In this document: positions 1 to 9,192 of the stretch, piece after piece
How the letters are laid out: every line of letters starts with the position of its first letter
How positions within the stretch are numbered: the stretch's first letter is position 1
Assembly (NCBI GenBank): GCA_029838215.1
Contig: JALGVI010000027.1
Span: forward strand, 1 to 38,543
From: Candidatus Helarchaeota archaeon
GTDB lineage: Archaea > Asgardarchaeota > Lokiarchaeia > Helarchaeales > RDOG01
Reading direction: 5' to 3'
Length of the DNA: 38,543 nt
The notes under the pieces: generated by a model
What the model saw: the letters and a program-made list of their open reading frames with translations, nothing else
Database searches by the model: none
Told to the model about the DNA's origin: nothing
Made by a program: the position numbers and the translations under genes

Positions 1-569
1 TCAGGCACGGATCCTTTTAATAATTTCTCCCATTCTTCAGTCTCGACAAACTTTTCGAGAAGATTGGTTTGTAAAATTCCCTTGATTTCGAGATTTTGAT
101 GGGCAATTTTTCGTTCCATTATTGGTATGATTGAATATTGAAGTTGGTCAGAGATGGCCCATATGAACTCTCTTGCATCCTTGATGATTTGAGACCATAT
201 TTCTATGTTTTGCATTGTTTGAGTCAGAAGTTGACAATTTATCAATTGTCCCATTGTAAACATGAGTTCGGGAGGGATTGAGGTCATGTCGTGGGTGTTC
301 AAGAATTCGAGATGTTGCACGGTGAACTCAAAGAAATGAAGAGTTTTGTGTATGATTTTACCGAAATTCGTGCGAAAAAATGTTCCATCCAGATTTTTTT
401 GAATTAATTGGAGGTTCAAGAGCCTTTTCAAATGTCTGGTGATTTCTGGACCGGGCAAGTTAAGTCTTCTTTCCAGTTGAGAGTGTTTTCTCGGCTCTTT
501 ATTCAATTCCTTGAAGATATTATAGCGTCCTTCGTGTGAGAGCTCGAAAAATAAATCAGTGATTTTCAA
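1..569 (-). CDS. ArsR-like wHTH transcriptional regulator with DUF1724/COG4742-like C-terminal domain (runs off the left edge; absent from the ORF track)
   Basis: Manual translation from TTG at 569 is open to base 1: MKITDLFFELSHEGRYNIFKELNKEPRKHSQLERRLNLPGPEITRHLKRLLNLQLIQKNLDGTFFRTNFGKII...LNTHDMTSIPPEL. This is an ArsR-type HTH followed by the 'THD..SIP' segment typical of this archaeal family. An alternative TTG lies at 581. Divergent from the sugar operon. Confidence 0.8.
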   Translation of the reverse strand, partial: MKITDLFFELSHEGRYNIFKELNKEPRKHSQLERRLNLPGPEITRHLKRLLNLQLIQKNLDGTFFRTNFGKIIHKTLHFFEFTVQHLEFLNTHDMTSIPPELMFTMGQLINCQLLTQTMQNIEIWSQIIKDAREFIWAISDQLQYSIIPIMERKIAHQNLEIKGILQTNLLEKFVETEEWEKLLKGSVP

Positions 570-776
570 GTCTAACGTCCTCAAATCCTCAAAACAGAAT
601 TATTTTGTTTAGTTCAGTTTAAACAATTTAAGTCTATTTATTTTTTTTCGTGGAATCAAAATGGGATTTCATGAGAGACTTTTGTGCATGAGATGAAGAT
701 GAAGGAGATCGGAGCGAGTTCGATCCGAAAAGGACATTCAGATTGGTTTTAAGACGACATTTATTAGAGAGGTAAG

Positions 777-1610
777 ATGAATTCAATTCGATTGTTTTTC
801 AATATTTTAGACAAAGCAAGAAAAGGGAAGAACATGACATTACAAAAAAAAGTCATAATAATAACTGGAGCCTCAGAAGGAACTGGTAAAGCGATTGCGA
901 GCTTGTTTAATGAAAGTGGAGCTAGTTTAATACTCGCCGATAGTGTCGAACCAGATTTTGGTGAGAAGAATGCGGTATTTCTCAAATACGACCCGCTAGA
1001 CATTTCCCAACATCAAAAATTGGTCGAGACTGCAGTTAAAGAATTTGGTCAGCTTGATGGTATTGTTAATGCAATGAGTGCGTGTGTCTCGAAGAAGGTG
1101 GCGAAGTTGGACCTTAAAGTCTGGGATTTTCTGATGGATTACAACTTTAAAAGTTTATTTTTCTTACTACAAGCCGTTGCAAGGCAAATAATCGCACAAG
1201 GAACGAAAGGAACGATAGTGAATCTCGTTACTTTGGCTGCCTTGTCAGGAACTGAATCGGTTTCGGCTTTTTCTGCAAGTCAAGCGGCAAGTTTGAATTT
1301 GATTAACACCTTGGGTATCGAACTCGCAGAGAATAATATCAGGGCTAATACTATTTCACTCCCGTATGTTGATTTCTCCGCAAACAAGGCGGGCGACGTG
1401 TTCATGGGAAAGGACCCAGAAAAAATTAAGAAAATGGCTTACGTTTTCTCGCCCATGATGGAGCTTATCGACCAGGCTCAAGTGGCAAGGATCGCTCGGT
1501 TTTTGACTTCGGATAATTCGGAACCAATTACAGGACAGACGATTAACATCATTGATGATGAGCTTACGTCCATTCGAAATATATTAACAAAAAAGAGGTT
1601 GAAGGCGTGA
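777..1610 (+). CDS. SDR-family protein with degenerate active site (probable pseudoenzyme)
   Basis: Rossmann motif TGASEGTG is present, but YxxxK is replaced by F165-S-A-S-Q169 and NNAG by VNAM. ATG777 has an upstream GAGGT; ATG834 (MTLQKK) is an alternative start. Confidence 0.85.
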   Translation: MNSIRLFFNILDKARKGKNMTLQKKVIIITGASEGTGKAIASLFNESGASLILADSVEPDFGEKNAVFLKYDPLDISQHQKLVETAVKEFGQLDGIVNAMSACVSKKVAKLDLKVWDFLMDYNFKSLFFLLQAVARQIIAQGTKGTIVNLVTLAALSGTESVSAFSASQAASLNLINTLGIELAENNIRANTISLPYVDFSANKAGDVFMGKDPEKIKKMAYVFSPMMELIDQAQVARIARFLTSDNSEPITGQTINIIDDELTSIRNILTKKRLKA

Positions 1611-2392
1611 TGATCATGAGGTTGAAGGATCAAGTTGCGATTGTAACAGGAGGAGGAACGGGGATTGGGAAAGGCATTGCCTTGAGATTGGCTGAAGAAG
1701 GAGCAAATGTTGTAATAGCGGATATTGATGAAGAAACGGCTAAAGATGTCGTAGGAGAGATTGAAAAACTTGGGAGACAAGCACTCGCGGTAAAAACGGA
1801 TGTCACGGATGAGCAAAGCGTTGCGAATCTCATCGAAAAGACCATGGAGAAGTTCAATCGAATTGACATCTTGATGAGCAATGCAGGCGTTTCCAGGATG
1901 GGCAAATTTATTGACATATCAGAGAAAGATTTCGATTTTAACATGGACGTTAATGCTAAAGGTGCTTTTCTTGTATCGAAAGCGGTTTCTGCGGTCATGA
2001 AGCAACAAAAATCAGGAACTATAATTTTTACAATTAGCATGGCTGGTAAGTGTGGCACGCCTCTTTATGCGCACTATAACGCGAGCAAGGCAGCCCTGTT
2101 AGCATACATGCAAGCCCTTGCCATGGAGCTTGCTCCAAACATCACGGTAAATGGTGTCTGCCCGGGACTCGTAAGAACATCCATGCACGAGAGAGAGATC
2201 AAGTGGACTGCAGAGTTGCGCGGCATGTCCGAAGAAATGGTGGCATCAGAATACGTTGCAGGAATTCCCCTTGCACGCATTGAGGAACCTCAAGATGTAG
2301 CAAATTTAGTGGTTTTTTTGGCTTCGAAAGAAGGTCAATACATCACGGGTCAAGCCATTAACATTACCGGAGGCATGATCCTGAGAAGATAA
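1607..2392 (+). CDS. Classical SDR oxidoreductase, probably a sugar/polyol dehydrogenase
   Basis: TGGGTGIG, SNAG, Y157-N-A-S-K161 and the C-terminal ITGQAINITGG motif. The GTG start overlaps the upstream stop (GTGA). Confidence 0.9.
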   Translation: MMIMRLKDQVAIVTGGGTGIGKGIALRLAEEGANVVIADIDEETAKDVVGEIEKLGRQALAVKTDVTDEQSVANLIEKTMEKFNRIDILMSNAGVSRMGKFIDISEKDFDFNMDVNAKGAFLVSKAVSAVMKQQKSGTIIFTISMAGKCGTPLYAHYNASKAALLAYMQALAMELAPNITVNGVCPGLVRTSMHEREIKWTAELRGMSEEMVASEYVAGIPLARIEEPQDVANLVVFLASKEGQYITGQAINITGGMILRR

Positions 2393-2428
2393 ATGAAAAT
2401 AGAATAAATTAAAAGGAAGTGAATAAAT

Positions 2429-3232
2429 TTGGTGGATTTAGCAAATAAGAAAATTGTTGATTTATCAAGAATCATGGATCCAACGGATCCAAATCATGCA
2501 AGAGAAACCCAATGGAATAAAGCGCGAGGGCACATTCCTCCTGCTGTAATTCCCGAGGAGGAGATTAAAGTTGAACCATATATCTTCGTGCACGATCGCT
2601 GCATGTGTGAATGGCTAACGATGTGGAGCCATGCCGGAACTCACATTGAGATTGCCATCCATCAATACATGTTCGGTGCAACGGACATCCCAAAGAAAAT
2701 GAACTACTCGATCATAGACATTCCTCCAGAGAAACTCTGTGGAGAAGGATATGCAATTGACATGACTTTCGTCTGCGATGAGAAGAAAGAGAAGGACATG
2801 TCGATCGTTCAGGATCGCTGGGAGCGTTTCAGCGTGTCAGGACCACAAGTTCTCCCTGAGGACATCGAAGAGTGGGAGAAAAGGAGTAATGCACACATCG
2901 AAGAAGGTGACATTGTCTTTTTCTATACTCGAAATGAAGTCCCGAACATTCCCATAATTCCTGAAAAAACCGCCAAGTATTTGATTAAAAAACGAAAAAT
3001 CAAGATGGTTGGAACAAACGACGAGACCATTGTTTATGGTGCTTTGGGACATCAGTATTTCCACGAAAAGAAGACACCAGTAGTTGAAATGTTGACAAAT
3101 TTGGAAAAAATCGGCACGCAGCGGGCGTACTTCTTCATTTCAGCACTTCCGATCAGGGGAATCGGTGGCTCGCCGAGTCGGGTTCTGGCTTTCGTAGATG
3201 AAATCATTGGCGAGGAAGAAAAAAACGAGTAA
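2429..3232 (+). CDS. Cyclase/kynurenine-formamidase family metal-dependent hydrolase
   Basis: HAGTHIEIAIH is a variant of HxGTHxDxPxH. C-terminal H...PVVEMLTNL and ALPIRGIGGSPSRVLA match the family. Confidence 0.8.
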   Translation: MVDLANKKIVDLSRIMDPTDPNHARETQWNKARGHIPPAVIPEEEIKVEPYIFVHDRCMCEWLTMWSHAGTHIEIAIHQYMFGATDIPKKMNYSIIDIPPEKLCGEGYAIDMTFVCDEKKEKDMSIVQDRWERFSVSGPQVLPEDIEEWEKRSNAHIEEGDIVFFYTRNEVPNIPIIPEKTAKYLIKKRKIKMVGTNDETIVYGALGHQYFHEKKTPVVEMLTNLEKIGTQRAYFFISALPIRGIGGSPSRVLAFVDEIIGEEEKNE

Positions 3233-3324
3233 CTTCGAGAATGATATTCTTTTCTCAATTTTTTTCTATTAATGGTAGTGGTTTGCTAAAAAATTTAAAA
3301 CGATAAGAAACGGAGTGGGATGAA

Positions 3325-3996
3325 TTGTCGGAATTTATCTTCATGCTGACATATGACGATGTCACCAGAAAGGATGCACTTGAGATCTATCAGGGAATTA
3401 GAGACATCAAGGGTTTAAAATTTGTTGGATTCAAAAATATTGGCTTGGAAATGGATGAGTACAAGAAATTGGTGAAAATGATGAAAGATGATGGCAAGAC
3501 GATATTTTTGGAGGTTGTTTCTGATTCTGAAGAGGCGAGCATTCAATCAGCAAGAGTCGGTTTGGAGCTTGGAGTGGATTATCTGATCGGAACATTCAAG
3601 CAGTACATTCCTGCGACCTTACAAGAAGTCAAGGGAAAACCAATCAAGTTCATGCCTTATATCGGTGAAGTAGTCGATCACCCTTGTATCTTGAAGGGTA
3701 GTATTGAAGAAATGCAAAAAGATGCAAAGGAAGTAGAGTCCTTAGGAGTGGATGGAATAAACCTATTGGCTTACCGCCATGAAACAATTGACGTGGAAGA
3801 ATTAATCAAAAACATCATGGCTGTAATGAAGACTCCATTGATTGTAGCAGGTAGCATTAAAACGCCGGAACAAATAAAAAAAATGAATGAACTAAACGTT
3901 TGGGCCTTCACGATTGGCGGAGCAATTTTTGATAAGAAATTCGTGCCAGATGGCTCGTACGCTGATAACATCAAAGCAGTCTTAAAACTGCTATAA
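3325..3996 (+). CDS. Uncharacterised ribulose-phosphate-binding TIM-barrel protein
   Basis: Alternating beta/alpha pattern (FIFMLT, VGFKNIG, IFLEVV, VDYLIGT, FMPYIG, GINLLAY, LIVAGSI, FTIGGAIF) with a C-terminal phosphate-binding GS/GGA motif. Lies inside the sugar operon. Confidence 0.65.
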   Translation: MSEFIFMLTYDDVTRKDALEIYQGIRDIKGLKFVGFKNIGLEMDEYKKLVKMMKDDGKTIFLEVVSDSEEASIQSARVGLELGVDYLIGTFKQYIPATLQEVKGKPIKFMPYIGEVVDHPCILKGSIEEMQKDAKEVESLGVDGINLLAYRHETIDVEELIKNIMAVMKTPLIVAGSIKTPEQIKKMNELNVWAFTIGGAIFDKKFVPDGSYADNIKAVLKLL

Positions 3997-4062
3997 TATT
4001 TCAAATTTTTTGATTTGGGGATGAGATGATGTTCCAATAAACAAGACAACTTCTATAGGAAG

Positions 4063-4962
4063 ATGCGACTCATGGCGAATAATCTCTTTTTGGCCGTGTT
4101 GTTAGGGGCGACACAAGCAATTTTATTAAATCTTGGAAAAGGACTACAAAAAAATGCGTTTATGGGAGAAGAGGAATTATCTAAAAAGAAAAAAAGAATA
4201 AATCAACTTTTATGGGTTTTTGGAACCATTCTTATCGTGATTAGCACGTTTGTATTGATGCAAGCGGAGATATTTGGTTATTTATCCGTGATTGCTTCAA
4301 TGACGGGACTGGGCATCATGAGCGTGACGCTATATTCTTATTTTATTTTACATGAGAAAATCGGAAAGAACGAATTGATCGGCATTTGCTTGATAATAAC
4401 GGGTACTTTTATCGTTCCTTTATTCTCAGGTATCAGCTTAGGAGTGGGAATAAGCTATACGGGAATGCTATTTTATGCCATAATTCTAATCGCAATTTGC
4501 TTTATAATTGGACTCATTTCAACCAGGCAAAAAAAATCCATTTTCGGAATAAGTTTTGGAATCATTTCAGGAATTGTTGGTGGCTTATCGGTGGTTTTTC
4601 AATATTCAGCCATGCGATTCATTCCTGGTGAGGATTTATTTGCGAATTTTGGTATCGTGATTCTTCTATTTCCTGCAAATTTGTTTTTCTTATTTTTTGT
4701 CATTGGAGGTGCTTTGGAGTTTTTAATAACCCAATACGCATTTACTAATGGGAGAGCTGTTGAAGTGGTTCCCGCAAATCAGAGCTTCTTCATTATCGTT
4801 CCAATAATCGGTGGTATAATCATATTCGGCGAAATATTCAATGCATTTCAAATATTTGGTTCGATACTCGTGATAATTGGTGTCATTTTATGCACGGCAT
4901 TTAAGGAATCAGTAGAAGATGGGAATGGTGCTGCGGGATCCGTTCAAAAAGAATTGAATTAG
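4063..4962 (+). CDS. DMT-superfamily (EamA/NIPA-like) membrane transporter
   Basis: About 9 hydrophobic helices in two repeats, with 'LHEKIGKNELIGICLIITGT' and 'IIFGE...QIFGSILVIIGVIL' DMT signatures. Confidence 0.75.
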   Translation: MRLMANNLFLAVLLGATQAILLNLGKGLQKNAFMGEEELSKKKKRINQLLWVFGTILIVISTFVLMQAEIFGYLSVIASMTGLGIMSVTLYSYFILHEKIGKNELIGICLIITGTFIVPLFSGISLGVGISYTGMLFYAIILIAICFIIGLISTRQKKSIFGISFGIISGIVGGLSVVFQYSAMRFIPGEDLFANFGIVILLFPANLFFLFFVIGGALEFLITQYAFTNGRAVEVVPANQSFFIIVPIIGGIIIFGEIFNAFQIFGSILVIIGVILCTAFKESVEDGNGAAGSVQKELN

Positions 4963-4971
4963 GCGATATTA

Positions 4972-5310
4972 ATGAGCGAATTAAAAGTCATAAGAAAAAA
5001 TGAAGCGAAAAGTTGGCATGAAGATGATGAATTGTGCCACCTTTATCGAGAAGATGACCAAATGGTATTTGGTACTTCTTATTTAGAACCGGGAAAAATC
5101 GGGGCAGTTGATCCCGGTCATGCAAATGGAAAGGAAGTATTCTATTGTGCGTTGGGAAAAGTAATTGTCGAATTCTCCAAAGGGACGACAATTGAGTTGA
5201 GTGCGGGTGATGCGGTCATCATCCCTGAAACAGAACCTCATAAACTGATCAATAAGTTTGACGAACCGACCTTGATCGTTTGGTCTCTTGCCCCACCTGA
5301 TCCAAAATAA
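4972..5310 (+). CDS. Cupin domain protein
   Basis: Cupin motifs 'PGH..GKEVFYCALG' and 'GDAVIIPETEPHKLIN'. Confidence 0.85.
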   Translation: MSELKVIRKNEAKSWHEDDELCHLYREDDQMVFGTSYLEPGKIGAVDPGHANGKEVFYCALGKVIVEFSKGTTIELSAGDAVIIPETEPHKLINKFDEPTLIVWSLAPPDPK

Positions 5311-5322
5311 AAATTAGGACTG

Positions 5323-6870
5323 GTGAAATTCATGGATGAGTACATATTAGCTTTGGATGCGGGCACGACGGCATCAAAGATTTCTCTTTTCGACACGAAG
5401 GGTAGATTGTTGGCGATCTCAACCCAAGAATATAAATTATTGACGCCCACCGCTCTATCTGTTGAGCTTCCTACGGAGAAATTTTGGAATGCTTTTAAAA
5501 TCGGCACGAGCGAAGTCCTGAAACAATCTAAAATCGATCCAAAACACGTTAAAGCCTTTAGTCTATCTGCACAAGGTGAGACGTTCATTCTCATAGATAA
5601 GGAAGGAAATCCACTACGAAATGCAATATCTTGGATGGATAATCGAGCTCAAAAGGAAGCAGAAATTCTATCCAAAGAATTTCCAGAAGAAGAAGTTTAC
5701 AAGATAACGGGACAAGTTTCGATCGTGCCAACGTGGCCCGCTGCCAAACTTTTGTGGATAAAAAATAATGAACCTAAAGTCTTCGAGAGAATTTCGAAGA
5801 TTCTATTGGTAGAAGATTATCTAATATGGAAACTGACTAACCAGTTTGCTTGCGAAGGCTCTCTAATCTGCTCGACTGTTTATTGGAACATCACAACAGA
5901 GAAATGGTGGGACGAGATGCTGGACTACTTGGGCATTGCACGTGAGCAATTACCGGAAATAAAGCATTCAGGAGAGGCAGTCGGTAACATCACGGCTAGT
6001 GCAGCAAAAGAGTTAGGGGTAACGACAAATGTAATGGTTTCAATGGGTGCATTAGATCAAGCCTGTGGAACAATCGGTGTGGGTAATGTCAAACCAGGGA
6101 TTTTCACGGAAAATACAGGAGCTGCTCTTGCGATCTGTGCGACTCAAGATAAATCAACTCCAACATTTGATCCAAAGAGGCGGATGCCCGTCCACTATCA
6201 TGGAATTCCAAATCGGTACATGTTCCATACTTTCACGTCAGGTGGCATGGTCTTGCGATGGTATCGGGATAAGTTTTGCCAAACAGAAATCAATTTGGCG
6301 AAAGAAAAGGGGAAAGATGCATATGATCTCATCGCCGAGATGGCAAATAATGTTCCGGCAGGTAGCGAGGGATTAGTCATGCTACCTCACCTTCAAGGAG
6401 CAATGGCACCTGAAGATAATCCAAAGGCTAGAGGAGTTTTCTACGGATTTACTCTCAAACACGGAAAAGGTCATTTTGCACGTGCCATAATGGAAGCCAT
6501 AGCATTTATCGTGAGGAGGAATCTGGACATTATTGAGGATTTGAAGATCAAAGTCGATGAAATTCGCGTGTTGGGCGGTGGAGCCCGCAGTGATGTCTGG
6601 AATCAAATAAAAGCAGATATAACGGGAAAGAAATTATTACGCACGGTAAATGAGGAAGCCGCGTGTCTTGGTGCCGCAATTTTTGCTGGAAAGGGAGCAG
6701 GGATCTATGCCAATATCGAGAAAGCCGCTAATCAAATGGTTGCCATAAAAACAGAGTATCAACCCAACAAGTCCAACATGGAGACTTATGGGAATTCATA
6801 TCAGAAATACATTAAATTATACGAAGATCTTTGCGATTTATTTGCCAAAGAAACAGTACTGGAAGAATGA
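5323..6870 (+). CDS. FGGY-family carbohydrate kinase (xylulokinase-like)
   Basis: LALDAGTTASK, ISWMDNRA, GALDQACG, ENTGAA, SGGMVLRW, LPHLQG..AP, and GGGARSDVWNQIKADITG. Confidence 0.93.
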   Translation: MKFMDEYILALDAGTTASKISLFDTKGRLLAISTQEYKLLTPTALSVELPTEKFWNAFKIGTSEVLKQSKIDPKHVKAFSLSAQGETFILIDKEGNPLRNAISWMDNRAQKEAEILSKEFPEEEVYKITGQVSIVPTWPAAKLLWIKNNEPKVFERISKILLVEDYLIWKLTNQFACEGSLICSTVYWNITTEKWWDEMLDYLGIAREQLPEIKHSGEAVGNITASAAKELGVTTNVMVSMGALDQACGTIGVGNVKPGIFTENTGAALAICATQDKSTPTFDPKRRMPVHYHGIPNRYMFHTFTSGGMVLRWYRDKFCQTEINLAKEKGKDAYDLIAEMANNVPAGSEGLVMLPHLQGAMAPEDNPKARGVFYGFTLKHGKGHFARAIMEAIAFIVRRNLDIIEDLKIKVDEIRVLGGGARSDVWNQIKADITGKKLLRTVNEEAACLGAAIFAGKGAGIYANIEKAANQMVAIKTEYQPNKSNMETYGNSYQKYIKLYEDLCDLFAKETVLEE

Positions 6871-6892
6871 ATTCATCATTTGAGGGATTGAA

Positions 6893-8128
6893 ATGGAAGA
6901 GAAAGAGACCATCAAGCAACAAATGCAGTTTATCATTCAGGATATCTGCGATAAGATAGGACCAAGACCACCGTGTAGTGATCAAGAAGCCCAAGCTGCA
7001 ATGTACATAGAGAATGAACTAAAAAAGTGTGTTGATGAAACAAAAATCGAGAACTTCCATTGTCATCCGGGATATTATCAGAGGATGTTCCAACTTCCAA
7101 TGATTAATCTCGTGATTGCAACCGTTGTTTATTGGATTTTCTTTTTCATTCCATTCTTTCCTTTTCTATTCGTGGCATTAGGACTTGTCGCAGCATCCGT
7201 AATTATAATACAAACCAATCTCCTGCGGAATATCGAGTTGATAGATCGGTTCTTCAAGAAGAAAAAGTCTACAAACGTTTTTGGAAGGATTAAACCGAAG
7301 GAGCAGGTAAAGCAAGTGATCGTGATAGGCGGTCATCATGATTCACATTGGGAATTCACGTTACTGAGAAAAAATGCTCAAATATATGGACTATTAATGG
7401 CTTTTCCAGTCATTTTTAACCATTTAATGGTCGGAATTTTCATTTTAAAGGTCATCTTGTTTTTTCTATTTACTCCGTTCCTATTTTTTCCTTTAATAGA
7501 CTTGATATTTTTAATAATCTTAACAGCCCTTAGTCCGATCTTAATTTATACTTGTCTGAACGTCCTCTCAGATCTCCCTGTAATGGGTGCTGACGATAAC
7601 TTGACTTCTATTGCCGTCTTGCTATCCATTGGAAGGCATTTAAAGAGTTCAGGGCGTCTGAACACGACAGAAGTTTGGCTTGTTTCCCACGGATGCGAGG
7701 AAATCGGGGATCGAGGCAGCAAGAGATTCTCTAAAAAACATCATGATGAATTAAAAGATGCTTACGTCATAAATATCGACATGGTGGGCGGCAAAAATTC
7801 CAATTTAAAAGTGGATGTCGTGGAAGAAGTCTACATGATTAAATTGTGCAAGGAACTTGGCTTAAAAATTGCAGAAATCGCCAAGGATTTATCCATTCCG
7901 ATTCAAGTAGGTGGCATTGAGGCTTTTACAGATTCCATGGCTTATAGCAGGAATAAAATCAAGGCCTGTTCGATCGTGGGCATCCCAACGCACGGTTTTC
8001 CCGCTCATTATCATACTCGTGAAGATACAATTGACAAAATTGAGTTCGAGCATCTATGGGATTGTTATCGAATACTATTTGAATTCATCAAGCGCGTGGA
8101 TGAGGAAAGAATATCAATTCCGGGTTAG
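6893..8128 (+). CDS. M28-family zinc peptidase with inserted transmembrane helices
   Basis: GGHHDS, GADDNLTS, GCEEIG, NIDMVG and HYHTREDT Zn-ligand motifs, plus two hydrophobic hairpin insertions. Confidence 0.85.
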   Translation: MEEKETIKQQMQFIIQDICDKIGPRPPCSDQEAQAAMYIENELKKCVDETKIENFHCHPGYYQRMFQLPMINLVIATVVYWIFFFIPFFPFLFVALGLVAASVIIIQTNLLRNIELIDRFFKKKKSTNVFGRIKPKEQVKQVIVIGGHHDSHWEFTLLRKNAQIYGLLMAFPVIFNHLMVGIFILKVILFFLFTPFLFFPLIDLIFLIILTALSPILIYTCLNVLSDLPVMGADDNLTSIAVLLSIGRHLKSSGRLNTTEVWLVSHGCEEIGDRGSKRFSKKHHDELKDAYVINIDMVGGKNSNLKVDVVEEVYMIKLCKELGLKIAEIAKDLSIPIQVGGIEAFTDSMAYSRNKIKACSIVGIPTHGFPAHYHTREDTIDKIEFEHLWDCYRILFEFIKRVDEERISIPG

Positions 8129-9123
8129 ACGTTGGAGCGTTGATAACAATCTTTGAGTAGGTCTCCAAGATTCTTGAATTCAGGCATCTCGACCTGAACC
8201 TTGTTAATATTCAACCCAACAAGTTTCTTGAGTGCGGTCTTGTCAGCATTGACTTGCAGAATTATTTCATCAGAAATTAAAAAATCGGCGTTTTCTGGAG
8301 CATGATGCACCAGGCAAAGACCTTTTTTGATCTTGATAAATGTTCGTTTGATGTTTTTTTTATCTCGTTTTCTGAAATTCCAATCATCTTGCTTGTATTC
8401 ACGTTCCACTTCTTCTAAAATTCGGATTTCGGATTCCGTGAGTTCGTCTTCAATTAATTTGCATTCGTTAACGCTTTCAAATGCTTTTTTTAATCCGAAG
8501 ATGACTTCATCGAGTGAAGTCGGCGTGTTCATTTCTCTATTCAAGGTCGTGATGTTTTTCTCGAGTTCATTCCTGAGCATGTTACGGAATGTTTCACTTG
8601 GAATGTTGAGAGCATTACTGAACTTGAGCAAATCAAAATCCAAAAGTATGTTTCCCACGACAACACCTGCGTTTTCGATCGAAGCTGCTGCCGTGCCCGA
8701 GATTTTTCGTTCATTCACGACGATTTCATTATAGTTTACCCATGAATTTAACCCAATATTCTTGAGATAAACATCTGGAGCTCTTAAAGAAATTGAATAA
8801 AGACTTCTAATCGGTGAAGGAAATCCATGACCACTAAGAATTACATTGAAAAACACTTGATCCTTTTCGAGGAGAACCAGCCCACCTCCAGCCATCCTAC
8901 GAACAAGCTTTATGTTATTTTTTTTACAATAATCCAAATCAACTTCTTCGTAAAAGTTCTGGTGAAATCCACAACATAGACAACTCCCTTTTATAGTTGT
9001 CAATAGTATCACATTTGTATCAGGAGTCTCAGAAACCGCCATTGCCATGGCATGATAAATTGCTTGAGATCTCACGGGGTTCAAATCTCGAATAGCCAGT
9101 AATCGCCACGATTTTTTAGGCAT
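8125..9123 (-). CDS. lplA: Lipoate-protein ligase family protein, sLpl(AB)-like N-terminus
   Basis: RSQAIYHAMA, GFHQ..EEVDLDYC, VRRMAGGGLVL, ERKISGTAA (catalytic Lys) and GNILLDFD. Confidence 0.85.
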   Translation of the reverse strand: MPKKSWRLLAIRDLNPVRSQAIYHAMAMAVSETPDTNVILLTTIKGSCLCCGFHQNFYEEVDLDYCKKNNIKLVRRMAGGGLVLLEKDQVFFNVILSGHGFPSPIRSLYSISLRAPDVYLKNIGLNSWVNYNEIVVNERKISGTAAASIENAGVVVGNILLDFDLLKFSNALNIPSETFRNMLRNELEKNITTLNREMNTPTSLDEVIFGLKKAFESVNECKLIEDELTESEIRILEEVEREYKQDDWNFRKRDKKNIKRTFIKIKKGLCLVHHAPENADFLISDEIILQVNADKTALKKLVGLNINKVQVEMPEFKNLGDLLKDCYQRSNV

Positions 9124-9192
9124 GAATATCAGCCTAAATTCAAATATTTCTCAAGATAATATATGTATTGAAATAATAAAAAAGAGAGGAAA

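Noticed and set aside
705-735. tRNA T-loop-like GAGTTCGATCC
   Set aside because: No pairable T-stem (GCGAG versus CGAAA) and no acceptor, D or anticodon arms.
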